Positions 43,294 through 53,075 of a stretch of 64,000 nucleotides of DNA are shown here, piece after piece (within the stretch, counting starts at the first letter, position 1; each line of letters starts with the position of its first letter). This stretch comes from Thermoanaerobaculia bacterium (lineage in GTDB: Bacteria; Acidobacteriota; Thermoanaerobaculia; Multivoradales; JAHEKO01): NCBI GenBank assembly GCA_947259925.1, contig CAMYOG010000026.1, forward strand, positions 24,196 through 88,195, read 5' to 3'. The notes beneath the pieces were generated by a model that was given only the letters and a program-made list of their open reading frames with translations, searched no databases and was not told the origin of the DNA. The position numbers and the translations under genes are program-made.

Positions 43294-46200
43294 GCTCTCA
43301 GGCCGATCGAGCCGATCCGCTCGCCCGGGACCGGAGCGCGCGGCTCGCCGCCCAGACCGAGTTCGTCTCCCCGGTCGTCCTGGAAGCGGGTGCGGGCACC
43401 GGCAAAACCACGACCCTGGTCGCCCGGGTTCTGGCCTGGGCGCTCTCGTCCGGCTGGGAAACAGCCGTCAAGGAGCTCGCGAGCCGCGAACCGGAGCAGC
43501 CGCCCACGCCGGAGCGGATCGCGGTCAACGTCCTGGAGGGGATCGTCTCGATCACGTTCACCGAGGCCGCGGCCGCGGAGATGGAGGCCCGGATCGCCGA
43601 GGCGCTGTCGCGGGTCGCCGCCGGTGAGGCGGACGAGATCGTCGGCTTCCAGCTCCCGGAGATCGAGACCGAAGACTCCGGGGCCGAGCTCCGATCGCGC
43701 GCGCACGCGCTCCTCGCCGGCCTCGATCATCTGACCGTACGGACCATCCACGCCTACTGCCTCAGCCTGCTCAAGCGCTACCCGCTCGAGGCCGGGCTGC
43801 ACCCGGAACTGGTCGTCGACGCCGACGGGCGGATCCTCGAAGAGCTGGTCGCCGAGGTGGTCGAGAGCGGCCTGCGGGGCGCCTATACCGCCGACGGCCA
43901 GGGCCCTTTGATCCATCTCGCCCGCCATCGCATCGGACCGAGGCTGATCGCCGAAGCGCTGCGCAATCTCGTCGAGCGCGGCGTCTCGTCGCGGCAGCTC
44001 GAGATGGATCCCTTCCGGCCCGAGGTCGTGACCGGGATGTTCCAGCGGCTGCGTGGGCCGCTCGAGCGATTCCAGCAGCTGGTCGGTGACCGTTTCGATC
44101 GCCTGCCCCGCAACCAGAACGCTCCGAAGATCGCGCTTGCGGTCGCCGCTACGCTCCAGGGACTGGACGAGCTCGAGCGCGCCGAGAGCTCAGACCTCGA
44201 GGCCCTGGCCGGATTGCGCGCCCTTCTGGAGCCGATCTGGCCCCAGAACCTGGTGCGCGCTCACCTCGGCAAGTGGAAGCGTGGCGACCTGAGCAAGGCC
44301 GAGCTGGGCGCCCTCGGCGACGCCGACCGGCTGCGGCCGATCGCCGAGGAGCTGAGAGCGACCCTGCGGCAGCTGCAGAAGCTGGAGCCGCGCCTGCTCG
44401 ATCAGGCCCGGCGGGCGCTGGCGGGGCTGCTGGCCGAGATCGAGCGCGAGATGAGGGCTCGTGGGGTCATCACCTTCTTCGGCCTGCTCTACGAGGCCCG
44501 TGAGCTCCTCGCCAACAACCCTGCGGTCCGTCGGCGTGAGCGCAGCCGCCTGCGACAGCTGCTGGTGGACGAGTTCCAGGACACCGATCGACTGCAGTGC
44601 GAGCTCGTACGCTTGCTGGCGCTGAGCGGCCCGATCGACGCCCGGCCCGGCCTGTTCGTGGTCGGCGACCCGAAGCAGTCAATCTACGGCTGGCGCAACG
44701 CCGACCTGGTGGCGTACGAGACCTTCCTCGCCAGCGCCGCCGCCGAAGGTGGCCGGCGCTACTCGCTGGTGCAGAACTTCCGCTCGGCGGCCCCGATCCT
44801 GACCGAGGTCGACCGCGCCGTGTCGCCGGTCATGCGGCAAAGGACCGGCCTCCAACCCGTCTACGAGCGACTGCTCCCGAGCGCGGCCCTCGCCGACCAA
44901 CGAGGATTCGATCAGGTCGGACGGGCGGCGATCGAGTACTGGGTCTCCTGGGAGCCGCCCGGAGGCCATGAGCCGTCGGAGGACCAGACGCACGTCGACG
45001 TGGCGGCGAGGTTGGAGGCAGAGGCGGTCGCTAGCGACATCTTCGATCTCCAGCGTCAGGCGGGCGCCGCCTGGAGCGACTTCGCCGTCCTCCTGCGCAG
45101 CAGCAACCGACTCGACACCTTCCTGAGCGCCTTCCGGGACGCCGGCGTCCCGTTCGCGGTGGCGCGGGACAAGAGCTACTTCCGGCGCCGTGAGGTGATC
45201 GAGGCCGCGGCACTGGTGCGCACCGTGGTGAATCCGGTCGATCACCTGGCACTGCTCACCTTCCTGCGCTCACCGGCCGTCGGTCTACCCGACGCGGCGA
45301 TCATCCCGCTCTGGAGCCGCCAGTTCCCGGACCTGATGAGCGAGAGCGATCGGCCGACCAAGGAGGTTCTGGCGAGTATGCGTCAGATCGTCCGCTCGGT
45401 CGCCACCGAGCTGCCCACGGACATCCCGGGCATAGGAGCGATCAAGGGATGGGAGAGGAGCCTGCTCGCGGGTATCGAGGTCCTGCTCCACCTGCGCGCC
45501 TCGTTCGCAAGCGATCCCGCCGACCGGTTCATCGAGCACATCCGGTCCTGGCTGCTGCTCGAGGCGACCGAGGCCGCCAGATACCTCGGCTCGTTCCGCG
45601 TGGCGAACCTCGAACGCTTCCTGCGCAACCTCGAGACCGCCCTCGACCGGAGCGGCGGCGACGTGCAGGCTGTCCTACGGTCGTTGCGGCGCAGCGTCGC
45701 CCAGGCCCGAGAGGCCGAGGAGGCGGTGCCCAAGGAGGCGGCTCTGGACGCGGTGCAGATCCTGACCATCCACGCCGCGAAGGGGCTCGAGTTCAAGCAC
45801 GTCTATCTCGCTCAGCTCCACGCCGGCTCGCGCGACTCGGACGACGCACTCATCGACACCGATGAGCGCTGGGCACCGGACGAGCCGTTCGAGTTCCGGC
45901 TGTTCGGTGCTCCGACCCCGAGCTTCGATCGGGTGCTCGAGCGCCGACGCCGGATCGAACAAGCCGAGCGGGTGCGCCTGCTCTACGTGGCCATGACCCG
46001 TGCTCGAGAGCGGCTCGTCCTGCTGGGCAAATGGCCTGCCCGGCCGGGACCGGTCCACGAGGAGCGGCAGCGGACATTCATCGACCTGCTCGGGTCGAGA
46101 AACCCCCTGCCGCCGTCGGTGCTCGAGCTGGCGCCGCAACCCGGTGACGACCTGGACGGGGCGGCCGCTGCCGAAGCGCTCTGGCGATTCCCGGGTTACG

Positions 46201-46961
46201 AGCCGTCCGCCCGAGACGTCCGAGCCGCCGCGGAGATCCCGGCCTGGCTGTCGACTCCCGACTCGGTGCGGTCCTCGGCGCACCACCTGCGCGAGCTGGG
46301 CGAGGCCTCCGACCAACGAATGAGCCGGCCGTTCCACCTGGCCGCCACCCACGAGGCGGGACTGCGGCTCGATTCCCTGGCCCGCGAGTCCGGTCTGCGA
46401 CAGGGGGCGCCGGCCGGGGCCCGTGAGACCGCGATGCAGGTCGGGACCGCGGTCCACCGTCTGTTCGAGACCTGGCGCCTGGACGCCGACCCGGACGCCG
46501 AGCTCGCCCGCCAGCGTGCTCGGATCGACGACTACCTGCGGGCGTCCCTCGCCGCTCAGTTTCACGAGGACGCGCTGGCGAGAGCCCACGAGCTGCTCGA
46601 CCGGATCGAGTCCGGAGAGCTGCTCCAGAGGTTCCTCGGCCTGCGGCAGCGGATCGTCGCCCGCGAGCTCGCGGTGGCGCTGCCACCGACCGGCGACGAC
46701 GACGGCCCGGTCGGTTTTCTCTCCGGCGCGATCGACCTCGTCTACCGGACCGAGGCCGGCGAGCTGGTGGTCGTCGACTACAAGACCGACGCCCTCGGCA
46801 TGGAGCTCGAGATCGAGACCCGGGCCAGCGAGTACGCCGCCCAGGAGCTGATCTATGCGCGTGCGGTCCGGTCCGCTCTCGACCTGCCGAGCCTCCCCGC
46901 CTGCGAGCTCTGGTTTCTGTGGCCCGACCACCTGCATCGGGTCCGCACCGAGGGGCCGTAG
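43290..46961 (+). CDS. addA: AddA-like UvrD helicase/nuclease subunit
   Basis: EAGAGTGKT, ITFTEAAAAEM, TIHAYC, VDEFQDT, VGDPKQSIYGWR, NFRS, TIHAAKGLEF, LLYVAMTRA, GAIDL..VDYKT. Confidence 0.92.
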   Translation: MSSQADRADPLARDRSARLAAQTEFVSPVVLEAGAGTGKTTTLVARVLAWALSSGWETAVKELASREPEQPPTPERIAVNVLEGIVSITFTEAAAAEMEARIAEALSRVAAGEADEIVGFQLPEIETEDSGAELRSRAHALLAGLDHLTVRTIHAYCLSLLKRYPLEAGLHPELVVDADGRILEELVAEVVESGLRGAYTADGQGPLIHLARHRIGPRLIAEALRNLVERGVSSRQLEMDPFRPEVVTGMFQRLRGPLERFQQLVGDRFDRLPRNQNAPKIALAVAATLQGLDELERAESSDLEALAGLRALLEPIWPQNLVRAHLGKWKRGDLSKAELGALGDADRLRPIAEELRATLRQLQKLEPRLLDQARRALAGLLAEIEREMRARGVITFFGLLYEARELLANNPAVRRRERSRLRQLLVDEFQDTDRLQCELVRLLALSGPIDARPGLFVVGDPKQSIYGWRNADLVAYETFLASAAAEGGRRYSLVQNFRSAAPILTEVDRAVSPVMRQRTGLQPVYERLLPSAALADQRGFDQVGRAAIEYWVSWEPPGGHEPSEDQTHVDVAARLEAEAVASDIFDLQRQAGAAWSDFAVLLRSSNRLDTFLSAFRDAGVPFAVARDKSYFRRREVIEAAALVRTVVNPVDHLALLTFLRSPAVGLPDAAIIPLWSRQFPDLMSESDRPTKEVLASMRQIVRSVATELPTDIPGIGAIKGWERSLLAGIEVLLHLRASFASDPADRFIEHIRSWLLLEATEAARYLGSFRVANLERFLRNLETALDRSGGDVQAVLRSLRRSVAQAREAEEAVPKEAALDAVQILTIHAAKGLEFKHVYLAQLHAGSRDSDDALIDTDERWAPDEPFEFRLFGAPTPSFDRVLERRRRIEQAERVRLLYVAMTRARERLVLLGKWPARPGPVHEERQRTFIDLLGSRNPLPPSVLELAPQPGDDLDGAAAAEALWRFPGYEPSARDVRAAAEIPAWLSTPDSVRSSAHHLRELGEASDQRMSRPFHLAATHEAGLRLDSLARESGLRQGAPAGARETAMQVGTAVHRLFETWRLDADPDAELARQRARIDDYLRASLAAQFHEDALARAHELLDRIESGELLQRFLGLRQRIVARELAVALPPTGDDDGPVGFLSGAIDLVYRTEAGELVVVDYKTDALGMELEIETRASEYAAQELIYARAVRSALDLPSLPACELWFLWPDHLHRVRTEGP

Positions 46962-46962
46962 G

Positions 46963-48063
46963 ATGGAGCTCGCGATGGAGACCCTGCCGACCCCCGCTCT
47001 GCTCCTCGACCTCGATCGGGCGGAGCGCAACATCCGGCGCATGGCGGAACGGGCACGATCCCTGCGCGTCGCCCTGCGTCCGCACATCAAGACCCACAAG
47101 TGCCTCGAGCTGGGGAGGCTGCAGCTCGAAGCGGGCGCGGTCGGAGTCACCGTGTCGACGCTCGACGAGGCACGTGTCTTCGCCGACGCCGGCTTCGAGG
47201 ATCTGACCTGGGCGTTCCCGGTGATCCCCTCGCGCCTTCCCGAGTGTGTCGACCTGGGGCGCCGGGTCACGTTGCGCCTGGTCGTCGACTCGGACGTAGC
47301 CGTCGACGCGGTCGCGTCGACCGGAGTGGCCTTTCCCCTCCTGCTCAAAGTCGACTGCGGCTATCACCGGGCCGGTGTCGATCCCACCGACCCCGCCTCG
47401 ATCCGCCTGGTCGAGCGGATCGTCGACTCCCCCACCCTGGAGTTCGACGGTCTTCTGAGCCACTCCGGACACGCCTACCGGTGCGCTTCGATCGAAGAGG
47501 TTCGAGCCGTGGCGGCCGAGGAGTGTGCCGCGACCGCCGGCTTCGCCGACCTTGTGCGCTCGCGCGGCATCGAGGTGCCGACGGTGTCGATCGGGTCGAC
47601 ACCCGCCTGCTCCGTTGCCGAAGAGCTCCCCGGTGCGACCGAGATCCGGCCCGGCAACTACGCCTTCTTCGACTACTCGCAGGTGGTCTTCGGAGCGTGT
47701 GCCGTGACCGAGACCGCGGTCAGTGTCGCGGCCGAGGTGGTCTCGAGCCGCCCCGACCTCGGCCACTCGGTCGTCGACGCCGGGGCACTCGCGCTCTCCA
47801 GAGATCCCGGTCCGGAGCAGGCGCCCCAATCGACGATGGGCGAGGTGTTCGAGAGCTACGACGCCGGCAGCTTGAGCTCGGACCTCCGTCTCGTCTCGCT
47901 GTCGCAAGAGCACGGGATCCTGAGTCGGGCCCTGCCGGTCGGCGAGCGGATCCGGATTTTGCCCAACCACTCCTGCCTTACCGTCGCATGCTTCGACGAG
48001 TATCAGGTCGTGCGCGGCGATCGGGTGGTCGACCGCTGGCGCATCCACCGCGTCAGGAGCTGA
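46963..48063 (+). CDS. Fold-type III PLP enzyme, D-serine dehydratase / D-threonine aldolase (DSD1) family
   Basis: TPALLLD, RPHIKTHK, GYHRAG, HSGH, GSTP, EIRPGNY, SQEHG, PNHSC. Confidence 0.88.
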   Translation: MELAMETLPTPALLLDLDRAERNIRRMAERARSLRVALRPHIKTHKCLELGRLQLEAGAVGVTVSTLDEARVFADAGFEDLTWAFPVIPSRLPECVDLGRRVTLRLVVDSDVAVDAVASTGVAFPLLLKVDCGYHRAGVDPTDPASIRLVERIVDSPTLEFDGLLSHSGHAYRCASIEEVRAVAAEECAATAGFADLVRSRGIEVPTVSIGSTPACSVAEELPGATEIRPGNYAFFDYSQVVFGACAVTETAVSVAAEVVSSRPDLGHSVVDAGALALSRDPGPEQAPQSTMGEVFESYDAGSLSSDLRLVSLSQEHGILSRALPVGERIRILPNHSCLTVACFDEYQVVRGDRVVDRWRIHRVRS

Positions 48064-48070
48064 CTACGGC

Positions 48071-50536
48071 TCAGTACGACCGCCGGACTTCCCGCGCCCG
48101 GAACCCGGACCGGAGCACTTCCACCTCCACGGCCGGCATCTCGAGATCGATCGGGCCGGCCGGTTGGTAGACCAGGAGATACTGGGCGCGCAGCTCCGCC
48201 TCGATCTGACGGTAGACGTCCGGGAGTCTTTGCGGACCCTCGACCCGGAAGGCACGGCCGCCCGTGGTCGCCGCCAGGCGCTCCAGGCCGGCGACTCCCT
48301 CCTCTTCGAAACGCCCGAGCGAGATCGGGTAGACGGCAACGCCCGCCCGGACCGCGAAGCGAGAGACCTGCTCGAGCGGGAAGTCGCTGCCGACGTCGGC
48401 GCCGTCCGAGAGCACGATCAGGGCGCGCCGGCTGGTCCGCCCGGTGAACTGGAAGAGCGCGTAGGCCATCGCGTCGTGTAGCCGGGTCGCACCCCACGCC
48501 CTGAGGCCGGTGGCACCGTAGCGCAGCGCCTCCGAGTCGCCGCTGAACGGCACCAGCAGGTGGAGATCGTGGTTGAACGCGAGCAGGCTGGCGACGTCGC
48601 CTTCGTTCAAGACTCGCTCGAAGAAGTCCTGGGCGCTGTCGGCCGCGACCTTCAGTCCCCGCCCCATCGAGCTCGAGATGTCCATGAGCACGGCGACATT
48701 GAGGGGCAGCTTGTCGACCGGCTCGACCCGGACGACCGGCCGCTCCTCGCCCCCTTCCCAGACCCGCAGGTCGGCCAGCCCGAGGCCACGAGCCGGCCGG
48801 CCGTTACGATCGAGGATCGACAGGTAGAGCTCGGCGAGCTGCACCTCCACCTGCTCCGGCACGCGCGAGCCCAGGAAGAGCACGTCCTCGTGCAAATCGC
48901 CGCCCGCCAGCACGACCCTCGCCGTCAGGTAGTCCGCTCCGGGGCCGGCGGCCGCGGGCAGCGGACAGTCGAACGGCGGTTGCGTCGCCGTGTGGATCAG
49001 GCGGCGACCGTGCCGACATTCGAGGCCCGCGATCCGCTCGCCCTTGGGCAGGCTGACGACCACCCGGACTCTGCCGCCCCCATCCCGGACCCGGTCGAAC
49101 CGCACGTCGAACGGGCGATCTGGAGGCTCTAGCGTGCGCTGGTCCTCGGCCAGGCTGCGATGCCCCGGATCGAGCGCTACGGCGACCAGAGACGCGGCCT
49201 CGACCACCGGATCCATCTCCAGCACGTAGGGTGGCGCGTCGTCGATCTCGACGCTCGCACCGTCGAGGCGGAAGTCGACCGCCGCGATCGGCCCCCCGGT
49301 GGTGATCGCCCGGATCACCATCCGGCCGCTCGCGTTCAGCGACGGCGGCAGCAGCTCCACGCTCGGGAATGTATTCAGCTGGACCAGCTCGGACCGCGTC
49401 AGGCGGGACAGGCCCTCGGAGTGCCCGGCCGGCTCCGGAGCCGGCTCCGCGAGCTCGGGAACCTCGATCTCGAGCTCCTCGCGCAAGAGCGCGACTCCGT
49501 TACGGTCCGCGACCCGGAGCATCAACCGGTGATGTCCGGGTAACAGACGCCGGTAGAGATCGAGCTTGACGCTCTCGCCGGGAGCCGCGCCGGCCACGTG
49601 GTGGACGATCTCGAACGAGTCCGCGAGCCGGCCGCGATGGTAGGCGTCGCCGGTCAGCGTGACCCGATCGAAGATCTGCCCCGGCATCAGCTGGCTCAAG
49701 CGCGCCGTGGGGACCTCGATCCGGCCGTGCAGGATGCTGTAGCGGGTGAACGCCCCGGGGAAGGCCAGCTCCAACGAAGCGTGTCGGCCGGCACGCGATC
49801 CACCGCCGTCTCGGAGCTCGTGTAACCACGCCGATCCCGGCTCCGGCCAGGGGGTCAACCCGCGCAACTGGTCGAACGAGATCGCTTGCTCGAGCGCGTA
49901 GCGCAGTCGACCGAGCGCTCCGCCGTCGATACAGGTGGTCGCTTCGAGCGCTTCGGTCAGACCGTCCAACGTCGAGTAGCGCACCTGGCCCCGGAGCAAC
50001 CCTTCGACGTCGCCCGGGGTCCAGGGCTCGAACGAGCTCATCTTGAGCGTGGTCGCCTCGACGAAGAGGAGGTAGAGGGACTCCGTCGACCGGGCGCTCT
50101 GTTGGCGCACGTGCCAGGGGTCCCACCGCCAGATCTCGAGCCTCCGGAGCGGGCCGCAGCGCTGTACGGCGTCGATCGAGCCCGGTTTGCCGGCCAGTCG
50201 CACCACCAGCTCGCGCGCCCGCGAGCGTGAACGCAGGCGGCGGGCGTCCTCGGAGTTGCGCCGCCATCGCTCCTGGGCGTCGGGGCCGCGGCTCTGCCAG
50301 AACGCCTCGAGGAACGCCTCGCGCGACCGATCGTCCTCGAGAATCCCGAAGTAGAGCCGCTCCTCCTCGCTCAGCAACGGCCCGGTCCGCTCGAGCCAGC
50401 CCTTCCAGAACTCCGAGAGCCGCGGTCCGGGCGGAGCGGGCTGCGCCCAGAGCGAGCCCCCGTCGAGGAGCACCCCGAGCGCCAGCGCGCCCGCCAACAG
50501 GATCTGATGCCGGTTCACCTGCCCCGATCTAAGCAT
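48071..50536 (-). CDS. Exported Acidobacteria-type VWA-domain protein (GWxTD-like N-terminus, Ig-like middle)
   Basis: Signal peptide; FLEAFW; MIDAS DISSSM, T(RLHDA), LSDG; ELRAQYLLVY; start may be 50518. Confidence 0.78.
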   Translation of the reverse strand: MLRSGQVNRHQILLAGALALGVLLDGGSLWAQPAPPGPRLSEFWKGWLERTGPLLSEEERLYFGILEDDRSREAFLEAFWQSRGPDAQERWRRNSEDARRLRSRSRARELVVRLAGKPGSIDAVQRCGPLRRLEIWRWDPWHVRQQSARSTESLYLLFVEATTLKMSSFEPWTPGDVEGLLRGQVRYSTLDGLTEALEATTCIDGGALGRLRYALEQAISFDQLRGLTPWPEPGSAWLHELRDGGGSRAGRHASLELAFPGAFTRYSILHGRIEVPTARLSQLMPGQIFDRVTLTGDAYHRGRLADSFEIVHHVAGAAPGESVKLDLYRRLLPGHHRLMLRVADRNGVALLREELEIEVPELAEPAPEPAGHSEGLSRLTRSELVQLNTFPSVELLPPSLNASGRMVIRAITTGGPIAAVDFRLDGASVEIDDAPPYVLEMDPVVEAASLVAVALDPGHRSLAEDQRTLEPPDRPFDVRFDRVRDGGGRVRVVVSLPKGERIAGLECRHGRRLIHTATQPPFDCPLPAAAGPGADYLTARVVLAGGDLHEDVLFLGSRVPEQVEVQLAELYLSILDRNGRPARGLGLADLRVWEGGEERPVVRVEPVDKLPLNVAVLMDISSSMGRGLKVAADSAQDFFERVLNEGDVASLLAFNHDLHLLVPFSGDSEALRYGATGLRAWGATRLHDAMAYALFQFTGRTSRRALIVLSDGADVGSDFPLEQVSRFAVRAGVAVYPISLGRFEEEGVAGLERLAATTGGRAFRVEGPQRLPDVYRQIEAELRAQYLLVYQPAGPIDLEMPAVEVEVLRSGFRAREVRRSY

Positions 50537-50631
50537 TTCCAATGCCACGGAGGCGCCAGCGCGCGCTTCATCCACCTGGGAGACGGCCGTCGCACGCGCC
50601 GGACCCCGTCCTCCACCGGTGACGAGGCCGG

Positions 50632-51975
50632 TCAGTCGATGTACCCGAGCGCCCGGAGGGCGTCGAGGTCCTCGTCGGTCAGGTTGGGCGGCGGCAGATC
50701 GTCGGCGACGGCCAGCCCGCTCCGGACCGTCTCCAGCCACTCCTGGAGCTCGGCCGACGGCCGCGCATTCTGCGCCGAAACGTCGCGTTTCTCCGCCGGG
50801 TCGGCCTCCAGGTCGAACAACCAGTGACGGTCGTTGACCACCCTGTGGACCTCCTTGCGAGCGTCGGCGACCCGCCCGACCTCCAGCAGGCCACGGGCCC
50901 TGAGCCGAGTCTGCTCCTCCTGAGCCCCAACCGAGCTCCGGTGCGCTTGATGCAGGGTGACGCGCCCGGCCGGGCCGTCCTCGCCCCGCAGCAGCACTCC
51001 GGTCCAGTCGAAGCCCTCGATGAAATCGGGCGGCTCGATGCCGACCAGGCCGAGCACCGTCGGACCGATGTCGCCGATCAGCGCCGGCTCGTCCACGACC
51101 CGCGGCTCGATGGTCCCCGACCAGGTAATGCCGAGAGGTATGCGCAGCGAGAACTCGTAGAGGTGCCGACCGTGCCCCCAGTAGCCGTGCTCGCCGAGAC
51201 TCTCACCGTGGTCCGAGAAGAAGACCACGACAATCTGCTCGCGCGGGACACGCTCGTAGACCTCCGAGAGCAGCCGACCGACGCGATCGTCGGCGAAGGC
51301 GATCTCCGAGTCGTAGCGCCTGGTCGGCGACAGCAGCGAGCCGGCGCGCTTGACCCCGATCTGTTTCAGATAGGCGCCACGCAGACGGTACGGGGCATGG
51401 GGCTCGATCATGTGCACCCACATCAGAAACGGCTTGTCACTCGCGCCGAGGTGGGCATCGAGCCACGACAGCGACAGGTCGACCAGGTCGTCGGCGGTCG
51501 CCTCGCTCTTGGCGAGTCCAAACCAGCGCTTGCGATTGAGGAGGACCTCGTAGGTGTCGAAGTGCTCGGCGAGGCCCGAGAGCTTGTCCTTGAGGGTCCA
51601 GTTGCCGAGAAACGCGCCGGTGGCATAGCCGCGGCGGCCGAGCGCCTTGGTGAAGGAGAACAGGTTGGGGCGGACACGCAGGCCGTTGCGGGTCGAGCCA
51701 TGCTCGTGCGGATGGAGCGACGTCAGCATCGACGCCAGCGCGGGCGCCGTCAGCGGCTCCACCGTACGCGCGTCGTCGAACTTCGCCCCAGCCGCCAGCA
51801 GCTCGTCGAGGTGTGGACTGGTATCTCGCCGGTAACCGTAGCTGCCCATGTTCATCGTCCGCAGCGTGTCGATCGAGATCAGGAGCACGTGCGGCGGCGA
51901 GGATGCGGCACGCGGCGATCCTGGCGACAGGATCGCGAAGACGACGACAGCACAGAGCACCTTCCAAAGCGCCAT
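50632..51975 (-). CDS. Exported sulfatase / alkaline phosphatase superfamily protein (Thr at nucleophile position)
   Basis: LLISIDTLR, PLTAPALASMLT, WVHMIEPHAPY, YDSEI, SDHGESLGEHG, DPAE, LRALGY. Confidence 0.88.
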   Translation of the reverse strand: MALWKVLCAVVVFAILSPGSPRAASSPPHVLLISIDTLRTMNMGSYGYRRDTSPHLDELLAAGAKFDDARTVEPLTAPALASMLTSLHPHEHGSTRNGLRVRPNLFSFTKALGRRGYATGAFLGNWTLKDKLSGLAEHFDTYEVLLNRKRWFGLAKSEATADDLVDLSLSWLDAHLGASDKPFLMWVHMIEPHAPYRLRGAYLKQIGVKRAGSLLSPTRRYDSEIAFADDRVGRLLSEVYERVPREQIVVVFFSDHGESLGEHGYWGHGRHLYEFSLRIPLGITWSGTIEPRVVDEPALIGDIGPTVLGLVGIEPPDFIEGFDWTGVLLRGEDGPAGRVTLHQAHRSSVGAQEEQTRLRARGLLEVGRVADARKEVHRVVNDRHWLFDLEADPAEKRDVSAQNARPSAELQEWLETVRSGLAVADDLPPPNLTDEDLDALRALGYID

Positions 51976-52049
51976 GGCGGGCGGAATCTACCAGACACCG
52001 GCGCCTCGGACCGCTAGAATCGCGCGGTTCGATGACGATTGACTCAGGG

Positions 52050-53057
52050 ATGACACGGCGGCGCACGATCAAGCGCTGGCTGAAGGTGGGGTTCGGCCTG
52101 GCGATCCTCGCCCTGATCGTCCGTTTCGCCATCGGGCTCGACTGGCGGCTGCTGGCGTTGCGCATGCGGACCGCCGATCCGCCGATGGTCGCCGCCACCG
52201 CAGTGCTGCTCTTCATGCGCCTGCTGAGCTGGCACTTCCGGTGGTCGGTCACGCTCCATCAGGCGGGCGACACCACGCCCCCGGTGCGCCGATTTGCGAT
52301 CCTGCTCGCCTCGGTGATGGCCAATCACGTCCTGCCATCGATGCGGCTGGCGGGGGGACTCCTGCGTGCCCGCTACGTCGCGCGCGGCGTCCTCGGCTTC
52401 GGCCAGTCGTACGCTACCGTGCTCTTCGATACCACTCTGCATCACGCCACCAGCGGGATCTTCACCTGGCTCACCCTGGTCGGAGCCACCTGGGTGCTCG
52501 GTTACCATCTCCCGGCTCTGGGCGTGCTGACGGCCGGCATCGTAGTCCTGGCCTACGTCGTCCGGCGACTGCGCCGTGACGACCCGCTCGAAGGGATCGT
52601 CGCGCGCTACCTCCGACGCCTGCAGCGACCCGGCGGCCGGCTCGGCTCGCTGGTCCATCGCGGGCGGGGGCTGGTGTCGATGATCCGGCTGCTGGCCGGG
52701 CGCCGGGTGCTCTGGTGGCAGGTGCCGGCCTACAGCGTGCTCTGGATGGTTACCTCGGTCGGTGCGCAGTGGGCCATCTTCTACGCCCTCGACGTCGAGG
52801 TCGGCTTCTGGGTGGCGGCCGCTTCGATCGGCCTCGGAGTCCTGGCGACCGTGCTCACCCAGACCCCCGGCGGCGTCGGCTCCACCGAGGCGGCGATGGT
52901 CGCCGCCTACGCGGCGTTCGGCATCGATCAGGTGGACGCGCTGGCCGGCACCCTCCTCTACCGGGGCTTGCACTATCTCCTGGTGCTCTTCCTCGGTGCG
53001 CCCAGCCTGCTCTGGTGCGAGCTCGCGTCCCATCGGTCAGCGCCTGCCGGCGAATAG
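52050..53057 (+). CDS. Lysylphosphatidylglycerol-synthase TM domain / flippase-like membrane protein (UPF0104)
   Basis: RW..NHVLPS..GG..RA, TPGGVGSTEAAM, LLYRG; multiple TM helices; start could be 52032. Confidence 0.82.
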   Translation: MTRRRTIKRWLKVGFGLAILALIVRFAIGLDWRLLALRMRTADPPMVAATAVLLFMRLLSWHFRWSVTLHQAGDTTPPVRRFAILLASVMANHVLPSMRLAGGLLRARYVARGVLGFGQSYATVLFDTTLHHATSGIFTWLTLVGATWVLGYHLPALGVLTAGIVVLAYVVRRLRRDDPLEGIVARYLRRLQRPGGRLGSLVHRGRGLVSMIRLLAGRRVLWWQVPAYSVLWMVTSVGAQWAIFYALDVEVGFWVAAASIGLGVLATVLTQTPGGVGSTEAAMVAAYAAFGIDQVDALAGTLLYRGLHYLLVLFLGAPSLLWCELASHRSAPAGE

Positions 53058-53075
53058 CGATTACAATCGCCCCCG

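Noticed and set aside
39940-46961. Helicase + PD-(D/E)xK nuclease pair as an anti-phage system
   Set aside because: Order, size, ATGA coupling, motifs and Fe-S cysteines fit housekeeping AddAB recombination repair.
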